A stretch of DNA of 64,000 nt from Candidatus Micrarchaeota archaeon (GTDB lineage: Archaea; Micrarchaeota; Micrarchaeia; Norongarragalinales; Norongarragalinaceae): assembly GCA_964630975.1 (NCBI GenBank), contig CAZVVY010000002.1, positions 44,633 through 108,632 on the forward strand. The letters are read 5' to 3'. The translations under genes were made by a program, and so were the position numbers. Shown piece after piece: positions 9,150 through 18,837 of the stretch. How positions within the stretch are numbered: position 1 is the stretch's first letter; every line of letters starts with the position of its first letter. Under the pieces are notes generated by a model. The model had not been told where the DNA came from and searched no databases. It saw nothing but the letters and a program-made list of their open reading frames with translations.

Positions 9150-12100
9150 TTACTTGCTCCGTTCAACTGCGAAGTTGATGAAGTCGTTCCTGCTGATTAG
9201 TAAATCGAGTTTTTTCTTTCCTTTGTTGGCCTTTATTCTTTCCAAGAGCATTAATCCTTTCAACCCTATGTGGTAAGCGCCGTTCGCGTCGGCGTCCTTG
9301 GGCTCGTTGTCTTTAGCTTTTCTTGAGTCGAAGAATTCGCCGTTTTCGTCTTTTACGCAGGAAAGTACGTAATCTTCTTCGGGGTCTTTTCTTGAGTTGC
9401 GTAACATTAAAATCGTTTTAAAGATTTTAATGAGGTTTTCAAAGAAAGCTTTTTTGTTTTGGCTGGCTATTTGGCTTATAATATTTTCGTCTTTTTGGAA
9501 GGAAACCCCGTATTCTTTGAACAATATTTTTAGTTTTTCGTTCGGTTTGACTTCCTTTGTATCCCATGAATTGTTTTTATTCTTGTTTCTGAAGCCGACT
9601 AGTTTCGTTCCGTTCGAGTAAACCGACCAATTGTCTTGAATTATTTTTGTTTCTTTTTTTCCGTTTTTAATGAATTTGGAGTAGTCGAAGTTGAATTCGA
9701 ATAAGCCTTCGCTCGAATCGTATTTGATGTAGTTGAATTTTTTGAAGAATTCCTTAGCTTTTTCTATGTTCTTGAATTTAGGTCTTAACAGATTTACGAA
9801 GCCTGTTTTCGGGCAAATCTTCGAGGTGTACGCCGCGGGAACGTAGTATATTATACCTGTTTCTTTTCCGAGTTTCTTAAATCCTTCAAATTTTCCGGTT
9901 AGTTGGTATGCGTTTAGGGATCCGCCGGCTTCTTTTTCGGTTCTTTCCTTGAAAACCAAGTAATTGAGTTTGTCTATTAGTTTTTTCTCGAACTTTTGGT
10001 ATACTTGCTTCTCGATTTTTAATCTCCCGCGCTTGAAGTCTAAGTTCAGGTCTTCCAAGACGATTATCGCGTTTTTTTCTATTGCGAGTTTAGCGATTTT
10101 GTGTACGATTTGGGATAGGTAGCCATCCTTCAATTTCTTTATGGTCTCGATTTTCTGCCAGCTTTTCCTTGCTTTGTCGCGTTCTTTTTCGCGTTCATCC
10201 AGTTTTTCGTGGTAATCACGTTTTCTTTCTTTGTCGTCCGAGATTACGTTGAAAGAGCCTTGTTCTTGGATTTCTCCTTTTGAATTCAATAGCGTGTAGT
10301 ACGCCAAGTGCCTTTCCCCGCGGTCAATGCTTAACACGAAAATGTCATCTTTTGTTTCGCGTATGTGGTCGTTGACCCGCTTGTTAATCGTTTTGCTGCC
10401 ATCGCGCGCCTGGAAGTTCAAGGTTATCGGGCAGTGGAAGAAGAAACGGTCTTCGGTGTACCTTTTGTTTTTTATAAAGTCGTATTTGAATTTACTGAAT
10501 TTTTTCCCTTTAATCGGGTCTTTGTTTTCTATTTTTTGGTTTTTTGGGTGAGTTACTTTCCTTTCCATTGACTTTGGGCGGTAGAATATTTCGGCTTCGC
10601 CGTTTAATTTGTAAGTTATGTCTGAAAGGTTTTCTTTGGAGAATAGTTCTTTCCAGTAAATTGTGTGCAGGTTTTTACGGCCTTCCGAATACTTCGAAAA
10701 GTCCTTGTTCCAAATTTGGAATAAGTAAAGTTTTCCTTCTTCGACCAAGTCAAGCAAATATTTTTCGCTTATTTTTTTGAATTCTATTTTATAGCCTTGG
10801 TCGGATACTTCTTTATAAAATTCTGATATGTCGACGTAATCTTCCGTTTTTTTGAATTGGAAATCGTATTCTTTCCATTCGGGGTGTTTTTGAATGCTCT
10901 TTTTGTAAAAGTCAATCATTTTATGGCAATCGCTTAATCGGAAATCCCTTTTTTTGAACCCGTTTTGTGGGTTTCCATGCTTGGTGTGGGCAGAGTGATT
11001 ACGAATCGCTTCGATTTCTTTTGATGGCTTGTAAAATGAAATGTTTTTTTTTGCAAATAATATTCTAGGTAGATTTTTTTCTGGGGTAGGCAATAATTTG
11101 TAGTCTATTTTTTCAAAATAATTTTTTCCAGCCGGAAGCCGTTCCAGTTCGTCAAAAACGTTTTTTTGTTTTGGGGTCATAATGGCTAAGTAGTATGACT
11201 CCTCTTTTCTCAATATAACAGAATAATAGTCTTTTTCCTTGTTTTTGTCCCAGCCGCTTAGGAGTTTGGGATTTTCAAAGTTTAACTTGAATTTTTCGGT
11301 GCTGAACGGTTTTTGCGTAACATAGTTTCTGACTTGATTGTATAGTGGGATTATATTCCCTAGTTCCGCAAACGATTCGTCGAAATCGTTATAGAAATCG
11401 TTATCGGTTTCAAGTGCCTCTGAATCCTTTTCTTTCTTGTTTTTGAAGTTGATGTTGAGGGGTTTTATGAAGTGGTATAGCCGCATTATTGAGTCCAGTA
11501 ACGCCTTTATTCTTGCGACGTTGGGCTCTTGGCTTTCAGCAGTTAATTTCTTTTTTTTGTCACTTATTTTTTCATATTCAGTGCGCGCTTTTTTTATTTC
11601 TTGAATCAAGTTTGTCTTTTTTTCTTCTAGTTTTGAGAAATAATTACATATCGGGTGTCCGGTTGAACCGATTTTTTTGAGGCCGCTCTCTATTTCGTGG
11701 ATTGAATACCTGCCTTTTTTCATCCATTTTTCTATTTTTTTGTCGGTTTTGAGGCCGAGTTCGGTTTTCGCGTATTCCCTTAGGGCTTGAAGTACTCTTT
11801 CCCGATCCCCGAATACTTCTTGTGAAATTCCTGTTAGGCATCTATCGTTTTTCAAGTAAACTAATTCCAAATCTTTTTCTTCTAGCTTTTCGAGGGTCGC
11901 TTCTATTTTTTTGAGTGTTTCCAAGCTTATTTTATCGTAAAATTCGTCTATTGCATCGAATACCTCCGTATTTTCCTCGAATTTTTCGAATGCGAACGAG
12001 GAGGATTTGCGGTCACTTAAGATTTGCTTGAATAACGGCGCGAGTTTTAATTTTCTAACCTTTTTTTGCTCGTTTTTGTCCGCTTGTTTTTGGGCGAGTT

Positions 12101-12914
12101 CGTTGACTAATTCGTTTAAGCCCTTTATTTTATTGTTGCCTTCTTCGCTTTTGCCTCCTATGATTAAGTTGAATTTTTCTATTCCTTCTTGGTTAAGGCA
12201 GTTGTTGAAGTTTTTCAAGTTGAAAAAATCTTTTAATTTCTCTCCGTTCAACTCGCTTTCAAAGTTTTCTTCTATTTGGTTGGCGTCAAATTCCTTGTAT
12301 CTGGTTATTTCTCCGAAGCGTGAAACGTCATCTAGGAATTTCGGTAGGTTGTCGTTGACTATCCTGTAAATCATTGACGTCGAAATTTCATCGCTTGAAA
12401 AAACGTTTTTGCGGTTGTTAAAAAAACCGCTAAAGTAGGTAACCCATTTATCGAATTTTTCGATTTCTTTGAGTTCCTCTTTTTTCCCTTTTTTTTCGAG
12501 CCATTCCGGCAATATTTTTTTGATGAATTCTTTCTTGAACAAGTATTTGAATTCTTCTTTTTTATTTATTTCGTCGTGAATTAGTTTCCTTAATTGTTTT
12601 TGGAGTTTTGCGTATTCTTCCCTTAATTTTTTGTTGTAAGGGTCTTTTTTCAGTTTCGTGTAAGCGTTGTTGTTTTCTTCCAATTTTTTTAACGGTATCT
12701 TGGCACCTTCCAAGCATTCTTCTATGAATTGCTTGTAGTATCCGTCCATTATTTTTTTGACTTTGTTGAAATCTTTTTGGCGTTGTTCGTCTTCTGTAAT
12801 CAGGTTGCGATCTTGAATTTTCTGCAGTGTTTTGCCGACTGGCTTTAATTCGAAGCGTAGAGTTTTCGTTAGGGGGTATTGGTTTGTAAACGAATCCCAA
12901 GTCGAGACCTTCAT
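9150..12914 (-). CDS. cas12a: Cas12a (Cpf1), type V-A effector, 1254 aa
   Basis: N-terminus FTNQYPLTKTLRFELKPVGKTL. Pre-crRNA RNase region KVTHPKNQKIENKDP...FIKNKRYTEDRFFFHCPITLNF. RuvC-I LSIDRGERHLAYY, RuvC-II AIIVLEDLN, RuvC-III DADANGAYHIGLKG. Nuc region LRNSRKD...FFDSRK. The operon order cas12a-cas4-cas1-cas2-array is canonical for type V-A. Confidence 0.97.
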   Translation of the reverse strand: MKVSTWDSFTNQYPLTKTLRFELKPVGKTLQKIQDRNLITEDEQRQKDFNKVKKIMDGYYKQFIEECLEGAKIPLKKLEENNNAYTKLKKDPYNKKLREEYAKLQKQLRKLIHDEINKKEEFKYLFKKEFIKKILPEWLEKKGKKEELKEIEKFDKWVTYFSGFFNNRKNVFSSDEISTSMIYRIVNDNLPKFLDDVSRFGEITRYKEFDANQIEENFESELNGEKLKDFFNLKNFNNCLNQEGIEKFNLIIGGKSEEGNNKIKGLNELVNELAQKQADKNEQKKVRKLKLAPLFKQILSDRKSSSFAFEKFEENTEVFDAIDEFYDKISLETLKKIEATLEKLEEKDLELVYLKNDRCLTGISQEVFGDRERVLQALREYAKTELGLKTDKKIEKWMKKGRYSIHEIESGLKKIGSTGHPICNYFSKLEEKKTNLIQEIKKARTEYEKISDKKKKLTAESQEPNVARIKALLDSIMRLYHFIKPLNINFKNKKEKDSEALETDNDFYNDFDESFAELGNIIPLYNQVRNYVTQKPFSTEKFKLNFENPKLLSGWDKNKEKDYYSVILRKEESYYLAIMTPKQKNVFDELERLPAGKNYFEKIDYKLLPTPEKNLPRILFAKKNISFYKPSKEIEAIRNHSAHTKHGNPQNGFKKRDFRLSDCHKMIDFYKKSIQKHPEWKEYDFQFKKTEDYVDISEFYKEVSDQGYKIEFKKISEKYLLDLVEEGKLYLFQIWNKDFSKYSEGRKNLHTIYWKELFSKENLSDITYKLNGEAEIFYRPKSMERKVTHPKNQKIENKDPIKGKKFSKFKYDFIKNKRYTEDRFFFHCPITLNFQARDGSKTINKRVNDHIRETKDDIFVLSIDRGERHLAYYTLLNSKGEIQEQGSFNVISDDKERKRDYHEKLDEREKERDKARKSWQKIETIKKLKDGYLSQIVHKIAKLAIEKNAIIVLEDLNLDFKRGRLKIEKQVYQKFEKKLIDKLNYLVFKERTEKEAGGSLNAYQLTGKFEGFKKLGKETGIIYYVPAAYTSKICPKTGFVNLLRPKFKNIEKAKEFFKKFNYIKYDSSEGLFEFNFDYSKFIKNGKKETKIIQDNWSVYSNGTKLVGFRNKNKNNSWDTKEVKPNEKLKILFKEYGVSFQKDENIISQIASQNKKAFFENLIKIFKTILMLRNSRKDPEEDYVLSCVKDENGEFFDSRKAKDNEPKDADANGAYHIGLKGLMLLERIKANKGKKKLDLLISRNDFINFAVERSK

Positions 12915-13115
12915 ACTATCCCACCACCTTTTATGCCGCTGGAGCGGTCTTGTCGGCGACGGAACTGAAACGACGTTTCTACCTATTTTTAAATTAACCG
13001 CGCCGAACTAATTGCTCCCCTAGAAAAAAGTTAGACGGCCGCGCTTTTTAATCCTATTTTTCTTGGCTTGCGCTGAATGCCTACTTAAAACAAGAAAAGA
13101 AATAGACGAAAAAGT

Positions 13116-14843
13116 TTAATCGTTTTCGAGGGTGGACGTGTCTCCGATGTCCAAGCCGAGTTCTTTTGCTTTTAGGACGCGGCGCATGATTTTACCGCTT
13201 CGCGTCTTCGGCAAGGAGTCGACTACCTCTATTTCGCGGGGGTAGGCGTGGCCCGCCAGCTTGGTTTTAACGAATTTCTTGATGTCTTCGTCGAGTTCCG
13301 GCGTGTGTTCGACTCCGTCGTTCAAGGTGATGAACGCCTTGATGATTTCTCCGCGCATCATGTCGGGCTTCCCGATTACGCCTGCTTCGGCGATGGCTTC
13401 GTGTTCGACGAGGACGCTTTCGACTTCAAAAGGTCCCACGCGTTCGCCGGACGTCTTGATTACGTCGTCGGCGCGGCCGATGAACCAGTAGTACCCGTCG
13501 TCGTCGCGGAGGGCGCGGTCGCCCGTTGTAAACCAGCCGTGCAAAAAGTATTTTTCGTAGCGTTCCTTGTCGGCCCAAACCGTTCTCATTATTGACGGCC
13601 ACGGCGGTTTTATGGCGAGGTTGCCTTCCTGGTTGTCGGGCAATTCGTTGCCGTTTTCGTCGATGATTGCAGCGGTTATGCCGGGGAACGGGCGGCCCAT
13701 GGAGCCCTCCTTAATTGTTTGGCACGGGTAGTTCACGATTAGTTGCGAGCCGGTTTCGGTTTGCCACCACGTGTCGTGGAACGGTTTGCCGAATACTTCG
13801 AGTCCCCACTCGATTGCTTCCGGGTTCAATGGCTCGCCCACGCTGTACAAGAGGCGCAGCGAGGATAAGTCGTGTTTTTCGACGAGTTCTTCACCGGACT
13901 TCATGAGCATTCTAATGGCGGTGGGCGCCGTGTACCAAACGCTTACCTTGTATTCTTCGATGATGGAATACCATTTTTCGGCGTTGAAGCGGCCGTCGAA
14001 CACGACGAACGGCGTCTTGTTGGTTAAGGGGCCGAGGATTCCGTAGGAAATTCCGGTTACCCATCCGTGGTCGGCGGTGCACCAGTAAACGTCGTCTTCG
14101 CGCAAGTCGAGCACCCACTTCGCGGTCAGTTTTTGCTGGATTATTCCGCCGTGGGCGTGCACTATTCCCTTCGGCTTTCCGGTCGTTCCCGAAGTGTACA
14201 ACATGAATGCGTAGTCGTCCTTGTCCATTGGTTCGGCTTCGAATTCCGTTGATTGTTTGCCGACCAGTTTTTTGTAGCTCAAAGCGTCGCCAACGTCTTC
14301 ATCGGAGTCAACCAGGATGACGTGCTTTAATGCGGGCAAGTCGCCGCGAATTTCGTCAATGCGCTTTTTGAGGTTCGAATCGGTTATTACGACGCTTGCC
14401 TCGCTGTGGCCGATGCGGTCCTTCAAGGCGTCCAACCCGAAGGCGGAGAAAAGCGTGCCGGCGATTGCGCCCGCCTTCAACGTTCCCAGGAACGAGAAGT
14501 GTACTTCGGGTACTCGGGGTAGGAAAAGGAAGACGCGTTCGCCTTTTCGGACTCCCAGTTCGCGCAAAGCGTTCGCGAACTTGTTGGATTCCTCGTTGAC
14601 TTGGTTGTAAGTGAACCGCTTTTTTTCGCCGTCGGCGCCCTCCCAATACATCGCGGTTTCGTCCGAGCGGTGCTTGGTTGCCTCGTGAGCGGCGTTCAAC
14701 TTGCCTTCCCCGAGCCAATCGACTTCTTTTTCGTATTCGCTCCAATCGAAGTCCTTGCAAGCGGCTTCGTAGTCCTTTAAAGCGGGCTCTTTTTTGAAGA
14801 ATTCCTGGGGTTTTTCAACTGTTTTTTGCTTCATTTGCTTCAA
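13116..14843 (-). CDS. AMP-forming acetyl/acyl-CoA synthetase
   Basis: AMP-binding signature LYTSGTTGKPKG, then TGDRALRDDDGYYWFIGRADDVIKTSGERV and a C-terminal PKTRSGKIMRR. Confidence 0.85.
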   Translation of the reverse strand: MKQMKQKTVEKPQEFFKKEPALKDYEAACKDFDWSEYEKEVDWLGEGKLNAAHEATKHRSDETAMYWEGADGEKKRFTYNQVNEESNKFANALRELGVRKGERVFLFLPRVPEVHFSFLGTLKAGAIAGTLFSAFGLDALKDRIGHSEASVVITDSNLKKRIDEIRGDLPALKHVILVDSDEDVGDALSYKKLVGKQSTEFEAEPMDKDDYAFMLYTSGTTGKPKGIVHAHGGIIQQKLTAKWVLDLREDDVYWCTADHGWVTGISYGILGPLTNKTPFVVFDGRFNAEKWYSIIEEYKVSVWYTAPTAIRMLMKSGEELVEKHDLSSLRLLYSVGEPLNPEAIEWGLEVFGKPFHDTWWQTETGSQLIVNYPCQTIKEGSMGRPFPGITAAIIDENGNELPDNQEGNLAIKPPWPSIMRTVWADKERYEKYFLHGWFTTGDRALRDDDGYYWFIGRADDVIKTSGERVGPFEVESVLVEHEAIAEAGVIGKPDMMRGEIIKAFITLNDGVEHTPELDEDIKKFVKTKLAGHAYPREIEVVDSLPKTRSGKIMRRVLKAKELGLDIGDTSTLEND

Positions 14844-14935
14844 CTCACCTTTTTTTTTAAATCGTGTTTTTTGTTATTGTTCGCGTCTTATTTATTTTGT
14901 TGGTTCATTTTACTTTGTTTGCCGCCTCCGCCGTT

Positions 14936-16879
14936 TTAAAGCCCGGAAGCGAATAAGAGGGCGACGATTCCCATTAGTTTTACGAGTATGTTCATTGCCG
15001 GGCCCGACGTGTCCTTGAACGGGTCGCCTACGGTGTCGCCGATTACGGCTGCCTTGTGCGCGTAACCGCCTTTGCCTCCGTAGTTGCCGGCTTCAACGAA
15101 TTTTTTGGCGTTATCCCACGCACCGCCGCTGTTAGCCATAACTATTCCGATGAGTACGCCGGCCACGAGCGCGCCGGCGAGCAAGCCGCCGAGCGCGGCT
15201 TTACCCAACAAAAAGCCGAAGGTTATTGGCGTGCCTATTGCTATTGCGGCCGGCAACACCATTTCCTTTAGTGAGGCAACCGTGGCGATGTCCACGCACT
15301 TCGCGTAATCCGGCTTCTTTTTTCCCTTTAGTATTGCCGGGTTTTCCTTGAATTGGCGGCGCACTTCGCCGACGAGTTCGAAAGCCGCTTTTTCAACTGC
15401 TTGAATGGTGAGGGCGGCGAACAAGAACGCGATTGCGCCTCCGGCTAAGAGGCCGGCTACGACTTCGGCGTCCATTAAGTTTATTGCCGTCAACCCCGCT
15501 TTGCTCGAGTAAACGCTGTAAAACGCGAGTGCCGTGAGCGCCGCCGACCCCACCGCGAACCCTTTGCCTATTGCCTTGGTCGTGTTGCCCGCCGAATCCA
15601 ACGCGTCCGTCCTTTCGCGAACCTTTTTTTTGAGGCCCGCCATTTCCACGATTCCTCCCGCATTGTCCACAACGGGGCCGTAAGCGTCGGCGGCCAAGCT
15701 GATGCCGAGAGTGGAAAGCATTCCCACGGCTGCGAGGCCCACGCCGTACAAGCCCGCGGAGTAGTGTGAGGCCAGCACGCCGAGGCATATTACGGCGATT
15801 ACCGGAACCGCGCTCTTCAAGCCCAGCGAGAAACCGTTGAGTATGACGGTGGCGGGGCCCGTGGTAGCGGATTCGGCGAGGCGTTGGGTGGGCCCGAATT
15901 CGGGCGAAGTGTAATATTCCGATGAAAAGGAAATCAGGGTGCCGGCAACCACTCCTATTGCAATCGCGTAAAAGTATTCGAGGCCGCCGCCCATCCACTG
16001 GGTTACGAGGAAGAAGGCGAATGCAATCGAGAATATTGAGGCCGCCGAGCTCGCGTTGCGCAACGCTTTTTCGGGTTCCGGTGCCTTCAAGAAAAGAGTG
16101 CCGAGCAGGGACGCCCCCAAACCGGTTACGCCCAACAACAACGGCAGCAACAATTCTTTTGGGCCGACGAGGGAGCCCAACGCCATCGCCGCTATTATTG
16201 CGCCGGCGTACGACTCGAACAAGTCGGCGCTCACGCCGGCGACGTCCCCGACGTTGTCGCCCACGTTGTCCGCTATTACCGCCGGGTTTCTAGGGTCGTC
16301 TTCGGGGATTCCCTTCTCGACTTTTCCGACGAGGTCGGCGCCCACGTCCGCGGCCTTCGTGTAAACCCCGCCGCCCACGCGCGCGAACAAGGCGACGCTC
16401 GAAGCTCCCGCCCCGAAGCCGAATAACGCTTCGAGCCCGAGGTATTCGTAAGAAAGCGAAACTCCGATGAGGCCTAGGCCGACGGCGAAAAGGGAAGTGA
16501 TTAAGCCGGATGAAAAACCGGTTTCCAGCGCGTCTTGAAGAGAGTGTTCGGCGGCTTGTGCGGTTCGCACGTTGGCGCGCGTGGAATTATTCATTCCGAT
16601 GAACCCGATGAACGCGGAGAGGGTTGCGCCGCAAGCGAATGCGGCGGCAGTTTTCCAGCCCAACAAAAAGTAGGCGGCTATTAATGCGAGCGCCGCGAAC
16701 GAGGCGATTACTTGGTATTCGCGTTTGAGGTAGGCGAAAGCGCCTTCGCGGACCGCCGAGGAAACCGAACGCATTTTCTTGGTTCCCGCGCTTTTCGCTT
16801 TGAGTCGCGCCGACAATACGCGTGAAGAAATTATTGCCAGGGCGCCGGCGGACAGCGCAACCATTACTTCGGCTTGCAT
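14936..16879 (-). CDS. hppA: Membrane-bound ion-translocating pyrophosphatase
   Basis: 647 aa polytopic protein with DNVGDNVGDVAG, DNAGGIVEMAG and GDTVGDPFKDTSGPAMNILVKL. Confidence 0.92.
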   Translation of the reverse strand: MQAEVMVALSAGALAIISSRVLSARLKAKSAGTKKMRSVSSAVREGAFAYLKREYQVIASFAALALIAAYFLLGWKTAAAFACGATLSAFIGFIGMNNSTRANVRTAQAAEHSLQDALETGFSSGLITSLFAVGLGLIGVSLSYEYLGLEALFGFGAGASSVALFARVGGGVYTKAADVGADLVGKVEKGIPEDDPRNPAVIADNVGDNVGDVAGVSADLFESYAGAIIAAMALGSLVGPKELLLPLLLGVTGLGASLLGTLFLKAPEPEKALRNASSAASIFSIAFAFFLVTQWMGGGLEYFYAIAIGVVAGTLISFSSEYYTSPEFGPTQRLAESATTGPATVILNGFSLGLKSAVPVIAVICLGVLASHYSAGLYGVGLAAVGMLSTLGISLAADAYGPVVDNAGGIVEMAGLKKKVRERTDALDSAGNTTKAIGKGFAVGSAALTALAFYSVYSSKAGLTAINLMDAEVVAGLLAGGAIAFLFAALTIQAVEKAAFELVGEVRRQFKENPAILKGKKKPDYAKCVDIATVASLKEMVLPAAIAIGTPITFGFLLGKAALGGLLAGALVAGVLIGIVMANSGGAWDNAKKFVEAGNYGGKGGYAHKAAVIGDTVGDPFKDTSGPAMNILVKLMGIVALLFASGL

Positions 16880-16920
16880 CTTGACTGAATTACTGCTTGA
16901 GGGAATTTAAGGGGGTGTGC

Positions 16921-18162
16921 TTACAGCTCGATTTTGTCTCCGATTACCGGTGCGTAAGCGTCGTAGCCTTCGTGCTTCAATTCTTCGGCGAAGTCGTTGC
17001 ACGCTTCGCCGTGGACGCAAACCACTTTTTCGGGTTTTACGGCGTCCACGTAATCGAATAATTGTATTCTTCCCGAGTGCGCCGAGAAGTCGAAGTGTTT
17101 CACGGGCAGGCGAACGCTTTTTTCGATTCCGTCGAACCTCATCTTGCCTTCGTTGACGAGCGAGTGTCCGTTGGTTCCCTCTACTTGGTAGCCGGTCAAC
17201 AAGACTACGGCGCTGTTGTTTTCGTTGCACTGGTTGACGTAGTTGAGCATTGGCCCTCCGCCAAGCATTCCCGCCGTGGAAACGATTACGCTGGGCTCGC
17301 GAAACGCTTTTTTTTCGTCGCGTCTGCCGCGCATTACCGTGGTGTTCTTCATTGCTTTCGCGAAGTTGTGGGCTCCCTTGATGTAGTCCGGGTAATCCAT
17401 TATTATGTCGCAAACCTTCTTGCCCATTCCGTTAACGAACACTTTGGCGTTGGTTCGCGCTCGCAGGACTTCGATGACTTCCTGGGTTCGGCCCACGGCG
17501 AAAGCGGGGACGAGCACGGTCAGTCCGTTGTCCAACGCTTTTTCGACTTCGGCGCAAAAATCCTTTTCCACTTTCTTGCGCGGCTCGTGGTCGCGCTGGG
17601 CGTAAGTGCTCTCGATTATTAGGACGTCCGCCTTTACGGGCTTTGCGGGAGGGTGCAGGCGCGTGTAACCCGTGTTGAAGTCGCCCGTGTACAACACTTT
17701 CTTCTTCTTGTGCTTGAACAAAACTTGTGCGCTGCCCGGAATGTGGCCCGCGTCCAGGAAGCGGAACTTGGACCCTTCCTTGAACTTGTAGTCTTCCTTA
17801 TAGCCAAGGCACGAAACGTGTTTTTCGAGTTGTTTAACGTTTTTGCGGGTGTAAGGCAGCTGCTTTTTTTCGCTTCTCGCGATTTTTTCGGAGTCGGCGA
17901 GCAACAAGTCCATTATGGGGAGGGTAGGGTAAGTGCAAAAAGTTTTGGGTGTGTTGTGCTTGTAGAGCAGGGGCGCGCACCCCGAGTGGTCGAGGTGGGC
18001 GTGCGTAATAATGCCGGCATCCACTTTTCCGGGGATTACGGGGCCTTCGTTGTGGTCGTGGACCTTCATCCCGCAATCGAATACGACTCTGAGTTCGCCG
18101 GTGTCCAAGAGAAAACAACTCTTGCCGACTTCCTGCGAGCCGCCCAAACAATGTAATTTCAT
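16921..18162 (-). CDS. Beta-CASP metallo-beta-lactamase family RNase (aCPSF2/RNase J-like)
   Basis: HAHLDHSG motif, with later D/H motifs of the beta-CASP module (YTGDF, VVCVHGE). 413 aa. Confidence 0.65.
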   Translation of the reverse strand: MKLHCLGGSQEVGKSCFLLDTGELRVVFDCGMKVHDHNEGPVIPGKVDAGIITHAHLDHSGCAPLLYKHNTPKTFCTYPTLPIMDLLLADSEKIARSEKKQLPYTRKNVKQLEKHVSCLGYKEDYKFKEGSKFRFLDAGHIPGSAQVLFKHKKKKVLYTGDFNTGYTRLHPPAKPVKADVLIIESTYAQRDHEPRKKVEKDFCAEVEKALDNGLTVLVPAFAVGRTQEVIEVLRARTNAKVFVNGMGKKVCDIIMDYPDYIKGAHNFAKAMKNTTVMRGRRDEKKAFREPSVIVSTAGMLGGGPMLNYVNQCNENNSAVVLLTGYQVEGTNGHSLVNEGKMRFDGIEKSVRLPVKHFDFSAHSGRIQLFDYVDAVKPEKVVCVHGEACNDFAEELKHEGYDAYAPVIGDKIEL

Positions 18163-18216
18163 AACATAATTTGGCGGGCAAACTTATTAAATCCGAGCCG
18201 CTTTACCGCTTTTGAA

Positions 18217-18837
18217 ATGCTTTTGAGTTATCAGGAATCAAAGCGCGTGCTCGGCCGAGCCGGCATAACGTTGGTGAACGCGTTCGACTGCCATTCCTTT
18301 GCGGAGTTGAAGCGCGCTTACCGCCGCCTTGAAAAGCCGGTGGTGTTGAAGGCATTGGGTTCGGTTCACAAGACCGAGCGCGACTTGATTTACTTGGGCG
18401 TCGAGTCGCTCGCCGAACTGCGGTTCGCGTACAAGAAGCTCAAGCACAACGCCGGACCGAACCCGGACTGCTTTTTGTTGCAGGAGCAGAAGAAGGGCGT
18501 GGAACTCATTATCGGCGGCCACCGCGACCCCGTTTTCGGCCCCGTCATATTGTTTGGGACGGGCGGCGTCTTAACCGAGTTGTACGGCGACGTGTCGATG
18601 AGGGTCGCGCCGTTGTCGAAGAAGGACGCCGGCGAATTGATTGAGGAAACGCGTGCCTCCGCGTTCTTGAGCCCGACCGGGTTCCGCGAGAAAAAGGCGC
18701 ACAAGGAGACCGTAACCGAATTGTTGTTGAAGTCGTCCAAGCTGTTGTTGAACGAAGACGTGCGCGAATTCGATTTCAACCCCGTAATCGTAACCGATAA
18801 AGAGGCGTTCATAGTGGATGCGAGGCTGATGGCGTGA
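18217..18837 (+). CDS. ADP-forming acetyl-CoA synthetase, beta (ATP-grasp) subunit
   Basis: An ATP-grasp_5-like sequence (PVVLKALGSVHKTERDLIYLGV...ELIIGGHRDPVFGPVILFGTGG). Overlaps the alpha subunit gene by 4 nt. Confidence 0.7.
   Translation: MLLSYQESKRVLGRAGITLVNAFDCHSFAELKRAYRRLEKPVVLKALGSVHKTERDLIYLGVESLAELRFAYKKLKHNAGPNPDCFLLQEQKKGVELIIGGHRDPVFGPVILFGTGGVLTELYGDVSMRVAPLSKKDAGELIEETRASAFLSPTGFREKKAHKETVTELLLKSSKLLLNEDVREFDFNPVIVTDKEAFIVDARLMA

Noticed and set aside
12970-12990. GTTTCTAC upstream of cas12a, resembling part of the repeat handle (a possible orphan repeat or autoregulatory crRNA-like site).
   Set aside because: Only 7-8 nt match, the orientation is opposite, and there is no adjacent stem partner.
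6317-13115. A search for an integrase, transposase, TIRs or direct repeats flanking the Cas12a island that would define it as a mobile element.
   Set aside because: None was seen. The island boundaries are defined only by composition and gene content, so it is not called a mobile element.
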